Of a stretch of DNA of 64,000 bases, positions 38,246-47,660 are shown piece by piece. The notes below the pieces were generated by a model. The model was not told the DNA's origin. It searched no databases and saw only the letters and a list, made by a program, of their open reading frames with translations. A program made the position numbers and the translations under genes. Numbering within the stretch: the stretch's first letter is position 1; each line of letters starts with the position of its first letter. Source of the stretch: Candidatus Obscuribacteraceae bacterium (GTDB taxonomy: Bacteria > Cyanobacteriota > Vampirovibrionia > Obscuribacterales > Obscuribacteraceae); NCBI GenBank assembly GCA_044226015.1, contig JBGAHS010000004.1, forward strand, positions 288,001 through 352,000, written 5' to 3'.

Positions 38246-39673
38246 TCACATCAATGCCTTTTCATCGCCTTCCAGTTGGACCTTTCTATGCCGTCCTGAA
38301 ATAAGCTGTATCCCTTCGTTTTTCGAACTCGTGAAAGTTTGCCACCATGCTGAAAGTTCATTTGCCTTGATAATAGATTTCATTGCTTCCATTCTCTTGG
38401 CTTTGTCACTTCTGCTTAGGTTCAGAGCAAGTTTGATTTGCTCAGCAAAACCTTCTGCATTTCCAGGTTCAACAGTTATTACATGCTCCTTTAACTGTTG
38501 CCAGATGCCCGCACCGGGTGACAGTATTAGTGCGCCATCGATGTTGCAACTGATATATTGCTTTGGTATCAAATTCAATCCATCTTTTATTGGCGAGACG
38601 ATCATTCCGATTGCGTTCTTGTACAGGAAGCAAAATTCAAGCGCAATCAGTGGTCTCTGAATCCAGACGATTGGATGCCAGTCATTGTTTCCCCACCGAG
38701 CGTTTATTTGTTTCACTTCAAACAAGCAACGATTCCAATATTGATCAAAAGCATCGAGTCCAATTCGGCTTGGCTGGCATACTTGAATGAAGCTAATTTG
38801 TCCGCGCGCATCCGGGTTATTTTCGAAATAGAGATCGATTGCTTTGATTCGTTCCAAAATTCCTTTCGTGTAATCTGAGCGATCAACCGATAGGAAGTAC
38901 GGAGTCGCAGTTGAATTGCTCAACTCAATGCCAGCACTGAGATAATTCGATTGCAGATTTGACTGTTCCCAGAACTCAACATCCAAGCCTACAGCCCGAG
39001 CGATTATCTGGCATGAGGTGTGCTGTTTTAGTGGAACTGTTTTTAGCCCAGACGATGATTTGACTGTTACGCGCAATTTGTCATAATCAACATCATACTG
39101 CTTCAAGTTTTTTTCGACGAAGCGCAAAAAGTTTATTGCATGTTCTTCGGTTTGAAATCCAAGCTTGTCGGCACCGAGCATGCCAGCCGCCAGCTCAGAA
39201 ATAACTGCGGTATGTTCTGCCGGCAGATTTTTGGTCCACGGTATGTGCCAAAACAGGCTTGTTCTCGTGCCTCTGTTTGCACTAAGAATTTGCGGTGTCA
39301 GGGCTAACTGATAATCTTGCGCGAAAAACTCCTGGGAGCCTTCAGGCGACACAGCCCTTATGACATTATGAGCGAAAGCCATGTTTAGATGCTCGAATTG
39401 TTTTCTATCGAGTTCGTTGTAAGTGGCATATTTTGGGAAGTCGTGCATTAAAGGCCAGATGAAGTTATTGCAAAAGCGATAGTGTCCATCGACGATGCTC
39501 GACGAAATGCGGCAAAAATATTTTGCCCGTTGATTCCGGGTTTTGTATGCTAAACCCATATTGCTTAGATACCACCAGCGGTCTACAGGGCTGCAATAGC
39601 GCTGAACTACTCGCGCAAGTGCAGACGAAATACTGCCGGAGTCTCCGGGTCCTCGATATGATAAAAGCTCCAC
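38246..39673 (-). CDS. otsA: Trehalose-6-phosphate synthase-like GT20 glycosyltransferase (divergent)
   Basis: WPLMH, QDYQL, FWHIPW, SVDRSDYTKGILER and DGLNL. Confidence 0.8.
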   Translation of the reverse strand: MELLSYRGPGDSGSISSALARVVQRYCSPVDRWWYLSNMGLAYKTRNQRAKYFCRISSSIVDGHYRFCNNFIWPLMHDFPKYATYNELDRKQFEHLNMAFAHNVIRAVSPEGSQEFFAQDYQLALTPQILSANRGTRTSLFWHIPWTKNLPAEHTAVISELAAGMLGADKLGFQTEEHAINFLRFVEKNLKQYDVDYDKLRVTVKSSSGLKTVPLKQHTSCQIIARAVGLDVEFWEQSNLQSNYLSAGIELSNSTATPYFLSVDRSDYTKGILERIKAIDLYFENNPDARGQISFIQVCQPSRIGLDAFDQYWNRCLFEVKQINARWGNNDWHPIVWIQRPLIALEFCFLYKNAIGMIVSPIKDGLNLIPKQYISCNIDGALILSPGAGIWQQLKEHVITVEPGNAEGFAEQIKLALNLSRSDKAKRMEAMKSIIKANELSAWWQTFTSSKNEGIQLISGRHRKVQLEGDEKALM

Positions 39674-39805
39674 CGTTTTTCCTCTGATAACAAATCTGTA
39701 TCGATTTCCACAAACTCAGTCTAGCGTTTCACCATTTCATGAAGATTTCACTAGATGAACTCGCCGAAAAGCGCGGTATGATAGCCTTAGAGAGGATGTT
39801 GCTAT

Positions 39806-40480
39806 ATGAAAATCTTGCTTGCCGAAGACGATAGATTTTTAGCCGAAGGCTTGTCTATGATTCTCCGCGATAATGGTTATGCGGTGGATATTGCGCCTAC
39901 AGGTCCAGAAGCGGACCTTGCCCTGTCGGTTAGCGACTATGACTTGCTGATTTTAGATCTTGGTCTTCCCAAAATGGATGGCTTAGAGGTAATGCGAAGG
40001 GCAAGAGGACGTGCCTGTGCAATGCCGATTCTCATTCTTACGGCAAGAGATCGGCTTGAAGACCGTGTTGCCGGTTTAGATCTAGGAGCGAATGATTACA
40101 TCACCAAGCCTTTTGAATTGCCGGAATTAGAAGCGAGAATTCGAGCACTTTTGCGGAAAGATTTGTGGTCAAATCGAACGCAGGTTCGCTTTTCAAATCT
40201 TGAGTTCAACACCGTTACGCGTGTTGCAAAAGTAGCTGGGCAAAGCATTGAATTGTCAGCGCGAGAACTCGCCGTTTTGGAGTGCCTGCTGCAGCGAATT
40301 GGTCGGCTCGTCAATAAAGATCAGTTGGTTGCTTCTCTTTCCAGCTGGGAGGAAGATCTCTCACATAATGCACTGGGCATCACTGTGCACAGGTTGCGAA
40401 AAAAACTGGAACAATACGGCATAACTGTGCGAGCAATTCGTGGTCTCGGTTACAGACTGGAAACATTGACTGCTGAATGA
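39806..40480 (+). CDS. OmpR-family response regulator (TctD/QseB-like)
   Basis: AEDD, LDLGLP, LTARD and KPF motifs; C-terminal wHTH with RGLGYRL. Confidence 0.93.
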   Translation: MKILLAEDDRFLAEGLSMILRDNGYAVDIAPTGPEADLALSVSDYDLLILDLGLPKMDGLEVMRRARGRACAMPILILTARDRLEDRVAGLDLGANDYITKPFELPELEARIRALLRKDLWSNRTQVRFSNLEFNTVTRVAKVAGQSIELSARELAVLECLLQRIGRLVNKDQLVASLSSWEEDLSHNALGITVHRLRKKLEQYGITVRAIRGLGYRLETLTAE

Positions 40481-40499
40481 CTTATTACAAGGATAGGCG

Positions 40500-41876
40500 A
40501 TGAAGAGAATTGCTCATAACTCGATTCGCGGTCATCTGCTCAAGTGGCTATTGCTGCCGCTTTGCACAATCTGGATCATAACAACTATAGTGGGATATTT
40601 TCTGACCGTGAGTTTTGCAAATGCTTTTCATGATCATCACATGCTGAACTCGGCAGATTCGGTTATCGCCAGAATCAAAACCGTAGACAATCATGTTTCA
40701 ATCGACTTGCCACCAGCAGCGCAGGCCATTCTTCGATATAACCATCTTGATAAATTTTACTATCAGGTCATCAAGAAAGACGGTACCAGGCTATCGGGTG
40801 ATGCGGTAATTCCTGGACCATATCCACATCTTGATGCCAAAGGACCTGTTTTTCGTGACTCGCAGATGAACGGTGAGGACGTGAGGATTTTGAGGCAGCG
40901 AGTCGTGGTGCGAGGCTTCGATGAACCGGTATTCGTTCAAGTGGCAGAGACTTTAAATGGACGTCGTGACCTCATTGCAAGAATAATGATTAGCATTATC
41001 GCACCTCAAATTTTGTTGATTTTTCTTGGCGCTATTGCTGTATCAATGGGCATTTCTAGAGGCTTGCTTCCGCTCAAAACTCTTGAGATGGAACTTGCGC
41101 GCCGCACCCAATTCGATTTGACTGAGGTGTCTGATGTAAACGCACCACTGGAGGTGCTTCCACTGGTCAACGAAATCAATGCTCTTTTACACAGATTGCG
41201 TATGGATATTGAGTTTCAAAAGCGATTTGTTGCAAATGCTGCTCATCAGTTTCGCACGCCACTTGCCGCGTTGAAAACATACATCTATGCTGCTAAGCGT
41301 TTGCCTTCCGATAAGCATATGAATGAAGTGTTGGATAGGATTGACTCAGGGACAAACCGTATGACGCATCTTGCCAATAAACTCCTGGTGCTGGCGAAAG
41401 CTGAACCGAATAATACAGAGACTGAGCATACCGAAGTTGATATGAACTTCATCGCCTCAGAAGTTACTGCTGAACTGGTCAGTGAGGCTGTGCAAAAGAA
41501 TATTGATCTTTCATTCTCTGGTTCGGATATGCCAGCTCTGATATCAGGCAATCCACTGAATTTGACTGAACTTACTAGCAATCTTATCGAGAATGCGATT
41601 CTTTATACTCCTGATGGTGGCAAGATAACTGTCGCCGTTTTGAATTCTGGAAAGGTTTCTCTTGAAGTTTCCGACAATGGTCCGGGAATTCCAGAAGAAG
41701 AGCGTGAACGTGTCTTCGAGAGGTTTTACCGCATTCTCGGCACTGAGGCTCCTGGCAGTGGATTAGGACTCGCGATCGTCAAAGAAATCGCTTCTGCTCA
41801 TGAAGCGGAGGTAGTCATAGATAGCGCACCAAGTGGAAGTGGAACAAGAGTCACTGTTTCGTTCCCACTCCTCTAA
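40500..41876 (+). CDS. Sensor histidine kinase (TctE/QseC-like)
   Basis: Two TMs with periplasmic DKFYYQV and VQVAET; NAAHQFRTPL; N, G1, F and G2 boxes. Confidence 0.93.
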   Translation: MKRIAHNSIRGHLLKWLLLPLCTIWIITTIVGYFLTVSFANAFHDHHMLNSADSVIARIKTVDNHVSIDLPPAAQAILRYNHLDKFYYQVIKKDGTRLSGDAVIPGPYPHLDAKGPVFRDSQMNGEDVRILRQRVVVRGFDEPVFVQVAETLNGRRDLIARIMISIIAPQILLIFLGAIAVSMGISRGLLPLKTLEMELARRTQFDLTEVSDVNAPLEVLPLVNEINALLHRLRMDIEFQKRFVANAAHQFRTPLAALKTYIYAAKRLPSDKHMNEVLDRIDSGTNRMTHLANKLLVLAKAEPNNTETEHTEVDMNFIASEVTAELVSEAVQKNIDLSFSGSDMPALISGNPLNLTELTSNLIENAILYTPDGGKITVAVLNSGKVSLEVSDNGPGIPEEERERVFERFYRILGTEAPGSGLGLAIVKEIASAHEAEVVIDSAPSGSGTRVTVSFPLL

Positions 41877-41946
41877 ATGGTTCATTAGCGATATTTATGC
41901 TGATCGGAACTCCGGAAAGAACTCAGTGCAAGGAATACTGGAACGG

Positions 41947-42001
41947 ATAACGTAGCGGCAATGCAGAACTCAGCGGTAATGCATAACGCAACTGCTCATG
42001 C
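41947..42001. repeat. 18-bp tandem repeat, about 3 degenerate copies
   Basis: ATAACGTAGCGGCAATGC / AGAACTCAGCGGTAATGC / ATAACGCAACTGCTCATGC. Confidence 0.55.
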
Positions 42002-42105
42002 CGAGGTCAGGGAAATGAACTACGACTTACAAAATCATTCTCCAGTAGACTAGAAACTGCAAGCTTGTTTTGCTACATTGAACGGACTTTTACTGCGGAG
42101 AGTTT

Positions 42106-42468
42106 ATGAGAAATATTAGCAGCGTACTCTTGAGCGCAATTTGTTTAATTGCGTCGATTTCACCTGCATCAGCTGACAATTTCGAAGCGTTTTATAGTAA
42201 GTTCAAATCGGCTGTCATAAAGCAAGATAAAGAAACCGTAGCTAATATGACTAAGTTGCCGTTTGACTACGATTCCGGCAAGTTGAATCGGGCAAAGTTT
42301 ATCGCGAAATTTTCACAGATTTTTCCGTCTTCGGTGCGCGGCAGTTTCGCTCGCGAGAAACCGATTAAAGACCAGTCAACGTATGAAGTTTTCTCCGGTG
42401 AATCGATTTACTGTTTTGAGTTAGTGAACGGTCATTACATGTTCACTGATATCGGGGTTAATGACTGA
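42106..42468 (+). CDS. Small secreted hypothetical protein
   Basis: GGAG RBS, signal peptide (ASA), FEAFYSKFKSAV..DKETVA..KLPF. Confidence 0.75.
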   Translation: MRNISSVLLSAICLIASISPASADNFEAFYSKFKSAVIKQDKETVANMTKLPFDYDSGKLNRAKFIAKFSQIFPSSVRGSFAREKPIKDQSTYEVFSGESIYCFELVNGHYMFTDIGVND

Positions 42469-42472
42469 TTCG

Positions 42473-42940
42473 CTACTTCTTTGCGCTAGCTGATAGATTC
42501 GCTAAATCAAGATTTAGTGCTGTCGTTTTTCCTGCTGTCACCAATACTGGTGCCATCCAGAACTCACACTGCGAGTCAGTCTTTCTTCTTGCATAGATAG
42601 AGTAAAAACCCGGACTCAGATTGCTGAATTCATAGTTTCCCTCGCCATCAGATCTCGATGATTGAATCTTCTCGGATTGAATCTCGCTATCAAGCTTATC
42701 TATGGCTTCGGAGAGTTTATTGAAGTCCGATTCGCCTTTTGCCTGGGTTGCAGTTTCTCTTGAGGAAGCAGCTTCGGGGCAGAGGCTTAGCTCAGCATTG
42801 TCGATGGGGATTAATTTCAATGCTTCGTCTCGAAGATGAACCTGTCCTTTGATCGATCCGCTTGAATGCTGAACGCAAGAGCTGAGGATTGAACTCAAGA
42901 AAAAAACTACGCCCAGGCTAACTATTTTTCGCATCTGCAT
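42473..42940 (-). CDS. Lipoprotein with a carboxypeptidase-regulatory-like (beta-sandwich) domain
   Basis: Lipobox LSS-C; GSIKGQV and SDGEGNYEFSNLSPGFY. Confidence 0.7.
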   Translation of the reverse strand: MQMRKIVSLGVVFFLSSILSSCVQHSSGSIKGQVHLRDEALKLIPIDNAELSLCPEAASSRETATQAKGESDFNKLSEAIDKLDSEIQSEKIQSSRSDGEGNYEFSNLSPGFYSIYARRKTDSQCEFWMAPVLVTAGKTTALNLDLANLSASAKK

Positions 42941-43234
42941 CAAGGTGACTCTCTCCCAAACAAGCCTATTGTCCTTACACTTGTCCTGCAAAAATCAAAA
43001 AATTAGGAAGCCATAATTTACTGTAGACTGCACTCTTCCGCAGCTTCGAACTGTTGGTGTTGCTGTTGGACATGGGATGAGAATGATTTCGTGAAGATTT
43101 CATGCACGCCAAGAAATGCATACGTAGCGTTACGCTCGACTCAATATATACCGCTGTCTACAATGCCGTTAACAAAAATCACACGGATAAGCTTTTTACA
43201 GCTTCGGTATGGGTTGAACCAAGCCAGAAGAGCT

Positions 43235-43897
43235 TTATTCAGCCATCCAGAAAAAGACTATGGTCATTCGTTTGTCATTCATTTCAGCGCCAAAATAGTT
43301 TGTTGCAGAGTGGATCATTTCCGCCTTGTAAATTACCACTCGGTTGAACAGATTCTCAATCGCGATGTCCTCTTTCCACGCCTCGATTGGCAAATGCCTG
43401 ATGCCGAGAGCTTCGGCCAGGTTGGCGTTCGGAGCTGGGCAATAATTGCCTCCAAGTTTGCCATCAGGAAAACGAAATCTATAGAAAGAGGTGCCACCAT
43501 CTCTAGGGGCATCTGGTGTGAGGTATACAATTCCCGCATAACGGGCTAATAAATTTGAATCAGAATGTGGGCGCGGACCAGACTCATCTTTGCCCACGAG
43601 TTGCACATAGTTATGAGATAGGGAATCAACTCCGTCGAGTGTTTGCTGCCAGAGCCGCTTGGCTCCAGTTTTTTTCTTTACCCATTCCTCTAGCTTTTCC
43701 AATTCGTCTGGAAGCAAACCATTTGGACAACGCATTCCTGGCCAGTTTTCCTGGCGATATGGAGCACCTAAAACCCAATCTGTCCTTGATAAGCAACGCT
43801 CGCGAATCTCTTCCGCGTTATCAAACATGTGGTCTTTGAGGAAATAGTCGCGACTTAGTTTTGGTTTGCGATATGGAATATTGTTGATCTTAAGCAT
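43235..43897 (-). CDS. 2-oxoglutarate/Fe(II)-dependent oxygenase-like protein (DUF6445-like)
   Basis: PHSD (HxD), GIVYLTP, GGTSFY, FNRVVIY, IHSA and a distal Arg. Confidence 0.75.
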   Translation of the reverse strand: MLKINNIPYRKPKLSRDYFLKDHMFDNAEEIRERCLSRTDWVLGAPYRQENWPGMRCPNGLLPDELEKLEEWVKKKTGAKRLWQQTLDGVDSLSHNYVQLVGKDESGPRPHSDSNLLARYAGIVYLTPDAPRDGGTSFYRFRFPDGKLGGNYCPAPNANLAEALGIRHLPIEAWKEDIAIENLFNRVVIYKAEMIHSATNYFGAEMNDKRMTIVFFWMAE

Positions 43898-44116
43898 GTT
43901 CTGCTCCAAACTCTCTGGACACTCGGCTGGCGAGCAGATTTTGAACTTGCTGATCTATTCAGCTAGAAGCCAGTGTAACGCAGCTTATACTCGAATTCAT
44001 CAGTGATTTAAAACACAAGCTGATCACATTGTTCGAAGACTCAGATGGAAGCTGGCTCTCCGAATTGAATGTGATCTTTAGTGTTTTGCGCTTTGTTATG
44101 AGATGCGTAACGGATC

Positions 44117-44257
44117 GAGGGCGCCGCCATCCTGGTGCCATCTGTGGATCTTCGAAGCCGGCTGGAAAACGTCGCTCCCAGGCGATTAGGAGGTGCAAGG
44201 ATATTGTGCTGGTGGCTCCCAGGATCTTTGAAGCCGGCAGTAAGCCGGCGCTCCCAG
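44117..44257. repeat. REPIN/BIME-like cluster of REP-like units in both orientations
   Basis: Forward GCGCCGCCATCCTGG at about 44121; reverse units GGATCTTYGAAGCCGGC....CGCTCCCAG at 44146 and 44222. Confidence 0.7.
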
Positions 44258-44275
44258 CTAGCGCTCATCGGGGGG

Positions 44276-45454
44276 TCAGACCGTTTCCAATACCATGGCG
44301 ATGCCCATTCCGCCGCCGATGCAGAGGCTTACAAGTCCATACTTCGCCTTGCGACGTTGCATTTCTAGAGAGATACTCAAGAGGAGGCGTCCGCCTGTTG
44401 CGCCAAATGGGTGCCCTATCGCTATAGCGCCACCGTTTACGTTGACCTTAGCTCTGTCTAAATGCAGTTCGCGTTCGCATGCTAGATATTGCACGGCAAA
44501 AGCTTCGTTTATTTCGATGAGGTCCATCTGTTCGAGTTTGAGACCAGCTTTTGCCAATGCCTTCGGAATCGCTGTAACAGGTCCAATGCCCATGATTGCA
44601 GGCTCAACGCCTGACACTGCCCACGATACTACGCGGGTGAGCGGCTTTTGCCCGATCTTCTCAGCATTTTTTGCAGTAGTCACGATAAGCGCAGCGCCAC
44701 CATCAACGATACCGCATGCGTTGCCTGGTGAAACAGTTCCACCCTTCTTGAAGGCAGCGGGAAGCTTTGCAAGAGATTCCAACGTTGTAGCCGGGCGTGG
44801 ATGCTCGTCTTTGTCGACTACGGTAACTTTGCCTTTTCTATCGACAATTTCGATGCCTACGATTTCTTCCGCGAGTTTACCTGCGTCAATTGCAGCCTTT
44901 GTTAGAGTCTGGCTGCGCAGCGCGAATTCATCTTGATCTTCGCGCGAAATCTTGTAGCGACTTTGAATTTCTTCAGCCGTTTCCCCCATAGATTTGTCGC
45001 AAATTGTGTCACGAACATCGATGCCATCCCACATTTCCATGTGACCCATGCGCGCGCCCCAGCGGACACCCCAACTTATATATGGTGTCATGGACAGTGC
45101 ATCGCAACCTGCCGCGACAATAGTTTCGGCTTCGCCACTGTGAATCAGCTGTGCCGCCTGAACCACCGCCTGCACTCCAGAACCGCACAGCTGATTGATG
45201 ATGAGGCCTGGCGTGTCTGTTTTCATTCCTGTATTGATTCCAATGTGGCGACCCATATAAATGGAATCTTTGCTGGTCTGCAAAACATTTCCTACGACAA
45301 CGTAATCAACAGTCTCAGGGTCAACCTTGCCTCGTTCCAGTGCGCCCCGGGTTGCGGCGGTGGCGAGTTCAGTTGCAGTTTTGTTCGCCAGGCTGCCGCC
45401 ATATGCGCCAAATGCGGTTCTTGCGCCGGAAAGAATAACGATTTCTTCTGCCAT
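44276..45454 (-). CDS. Acetyl-CoA acetyltransferase (thiolase)
   Basis: NQLCGSG, NEAFA, NGGAIAIGHP and CIGGGMG. Confidence 0.96.
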   Translation of the reverse strand: MAEEIVILSGARTAFGAYGGSLANKTATELATAATRGALERGKVDPETVDYVVVGNVLQTSKDSIYMGRHIGINTGMKTDTPGLIINQLCGSGVQAVVQAAQLIHSGEAETIVAAGCDALSMTPYISWGVRWGARMGHMEMWDGIDVRDTICDKSMGETAEEIQSRYKISREDQDEFALRSQTLTKAAIDAGKLAEEIVGIEIVDRKGKVTVVDKDEHPRPATTLESLAKLPAAFKKGGTVSPGNACGIVDGGAALIVTTAKNAEKIGQKPLTRVVSWAVSGVEPAIMGIGPVTAIPKALAKAGLKLEQMDLIEINEAFAVQYLACERELHLDRAKVNVNGGAIAIGHPFGATGGRLLLSISLEMQRRKAKYGLVSLCIGGGMGIAMVLETV

Positions 45455-45764
45455 AAATGACCAGGCTGCCTCCAGATTGCTGTTGAAAACTATACATAGA
45501 TTGGATCTGTCGCTGCCATTTTAGAAGAAGCGAATACAGCAATGTATAGAGATGGCTTAAGTTGTGACAGAGTCGACCAGTTTCTCGGACGCCCAAGACT
45601 TAGATAATGTTTAGAAAAAGGGCAAAAAGCTGAGAATTCTTAGCGGCAACTAGTGTTCGCGGATTCAAATCTAAAACAAGTAGAAATGCATAAAGTTATG
45701 TAGCTCTCTGGGGTTAGAATTGCCCTGTCCTTGTATATAGATTTGGATTAAAGGAGCATGAGCC

Positions 45765-46868
45765 TTGGCTAAAGTTGGAGTTCCGAAAGAGATTCTCGAC
45801 AACGAATATAGAGTTGCATTGACAATCGCTGGTTGTAATGCGCTTGTTTCAGAGGGTCACCAGGTTTTTATTGAAACCAATGCCGGTAACGGAAGCGGCA
45901 TCAGCGATGAAGAGTTCAAAGCAGCAGGTGCCACCATTTTGAAAGATGCTAACAGCGTCTTCGAAACGGCTGACATGATTATGAAAGTTAAAGAGCCACA
46001 GGCTTCGGAAGTTCCGCTCCTGAGAAAGGGTCAAATTCTTTTCACCTACCTGCACCTTGCAGCTCACCCGAAACTGGCGATGGACCTCGCTAAGACAGGC
46101 GCTACCTGCATCGCGTACGAAACCGTTCAATACGATAATGGTCAGCTTCCATTGTTGACCCCGATGAGCGAAATCGCTGGACGTTTGGCTACCCAAATTG
46201 GTGCCAGCTACCTCGAGCGTCCAATGGGCGGTCGTGGCGTTCTTCTCGGCGGCGTTCCTGGTGTTGAACCAGGCGAAGTTATCATCATCGGTGGCGGTGT
46301 TGTTGGAACCAACGCAGCGAAGATCGCTGTTGGTCTCGGCGCTCGCGTAACATTGTTCGATCGCTCACTAGAGCGTCTTCGTTACCTCGATGATATTTTC
46401 GATGGCAAGATTCGCACAGTGTTCTCAATCGGACACCATCTCGATAACTTGTTGCCTTCAGCTGACCTCGTAATCGGTGCCGTATTGCTTCCAGGTAAGC
46501 AAGCTCCTCGTGTGGTCACCAGAGACATGGTGAAGAAGATGAAGAAGGGCTCTGTCATTGTTGACGTATCAGTCGACCAGGGCGGATGTATCGAAACCAT
46601 CCACTCGACCACACACTCTGCTCCTATATATGAAGTAGACGGCGTTGTTCACTACGGTGTTGCTAACATTCCAGGTGCAGTACCGTGGACATCAACCAGA
46701 GCACTCACAAACGCAACTTTGCCATTCGCGCTCAAACTCGCGAAGTTCGGCTACCAGGCAGTGCTTGATGATCCAGCACTCAATCGCGGCGTCAACATCC
46801 ACGAAGGACAAATAGTTCATCCTGGCGTGCTTGAAGCTTGCAACCAACAGATGGCTGCCGCTAAGTAG
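45765..46868 (+). CDS. ald: Alanine dehydrogenase
   Basis: [37 protein letters not shown] and NIPGAVP. AAGGAG RBS. Confidence 0.96.
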   Translation: MAKVGVPKEILDNEYRVALTIAGCNALVSEGHQVFIETNAGNGSGISDEEFKAAGATILKDANSVFETADMIMKVKEPQASEVPLLRKGQILFTYLHLAAHPKLAMDLAKTGATCIAYETVQYDNGQLPLLTPMSEIAGRLATQIGASYLERPMGGRGVLLGGVPGVEPGEVIIIGGGVVGTNAAKIAVGLGARVTLFDRSLERLRYLDDIFDGKIRTVFSIGHHLDNLLPSADLVIGAVLLPGKQAPRVVTRDMVKKMKKGSVIVDVSVDQGGCIETIHSTTHSAPIYEVDGVVHYGVANIPGAVPWTSTRALTNATLPFALKLAKFGYQAVLDDPALNRGVNIHEGQIVHPGVLEACNQQMAAAK

Positions 46869-46880
46869 GTCAAAAACCGC

Positions 46881-47660
46881 ATGAGCAAAAAAATCCGACT
46901 TGCGTGCTGGAACGTCAATGGAGTTCGTTCCATCGCAAAAAAAGGATTTTTTGAATGGATGCAAAAGTTCAATCCCGATTGCTTTTGCATCCAGGAAGCC
47001 AAAATACCAGATGATGTAATCCCGGAGGAAATTCGCAATCCTCCGGGATATTCTTCATATTTCAGCTGTGCGGAACGCAAGGGCTATAGCGGTGTAGCGA
47101 TTTACACGAAGAAGAAGCCCCTGAATGTGGTGCACGAAATGGGCATCAAGAAATTCGATTGCGAAGGGCGCTATGTGCGCTTAGATTTTGATGAGTTTTC
47201 GCTGCTGAGCATTTACTATCCGAATGGCAAAGCCAGCCCTGAAAGGCTCGCTTACAAGTTGGAATTTTACGAGGCATTCCTGAAGCACGCGCAGAAGTTG
47301 CGCAAAGAGGGACGCCGACTAGTAATTTGTGGTGACTTCAATACTGCGCATAAAGAGATTGACCTGGCCCGCCCCAAGGAAAACGTAGAAGTCTCAGGTT
47401 TTAGACCCGAAGAGCGAGCCTGGATGGATAAGTTCGTATCCAAAGGCTACGTGGATACTTTCCGGCATTTCCACGATGAGCCGCAATTTTACACCTGGTG
47501 GTCTTTGAGAACTGCGGCTAGACTAAGAAATGTGGGCTGGAGGATAGACTACTTTTTTGTGTCTGATGATTTGAGAGACAATTTGCACTCCGCTGCTATT
47601 CATTCAGATGTGATGGGCTCTGACCATTGCCCAATCAGCCTTGAGCTGAAATTCAAATGA
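46881..47660 (+). CDS. xth: Exodeoxyribonuclease III (AP endonuclease)
   Basis: WNVNG, QEAK, GYSGV, GDFNTAH, GWRIDY and SDHCP. Confidence 0.95.
   Translation: MSKKIRLACWNVNGVRSIAKKGFFEWMQKFNPDCFCIQEAKIPDDVIPEEIRNPPGYSSYFSCAERKGYSGVAIYTKKKPLNVVHEMGIKKFDCEGRYVRLDFDEFSLLSIYYPNGKASPERLAYKLEFYEAFLKHAQKLRKEGRRLVICGDFNTAHKEIDLARPKENVEVSGFRPEERAWMDKFVSKGYVDTFRHFHDEPQFYTWWSLRTAARLRNVGWRIDYFFVSDDLRDNLHSAAIHSDVMGSDHCPISLELKFK

Noticed and set aside
38079..38660. 193-aa + strand ORF
   Set aside because: It is antisense to the otsA-like and wHTH-like genes.
43959..44427. Several short overlapping ORFs between the 2OG-oxygenase and thiolase genes
   Set aside because: They run through GC-rich REP-like repeats and lack RBS or domain support.
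44295..44936. 213-aa + strand ORF
   Set aside because: It is an antisense shadow of the thiolase gene.
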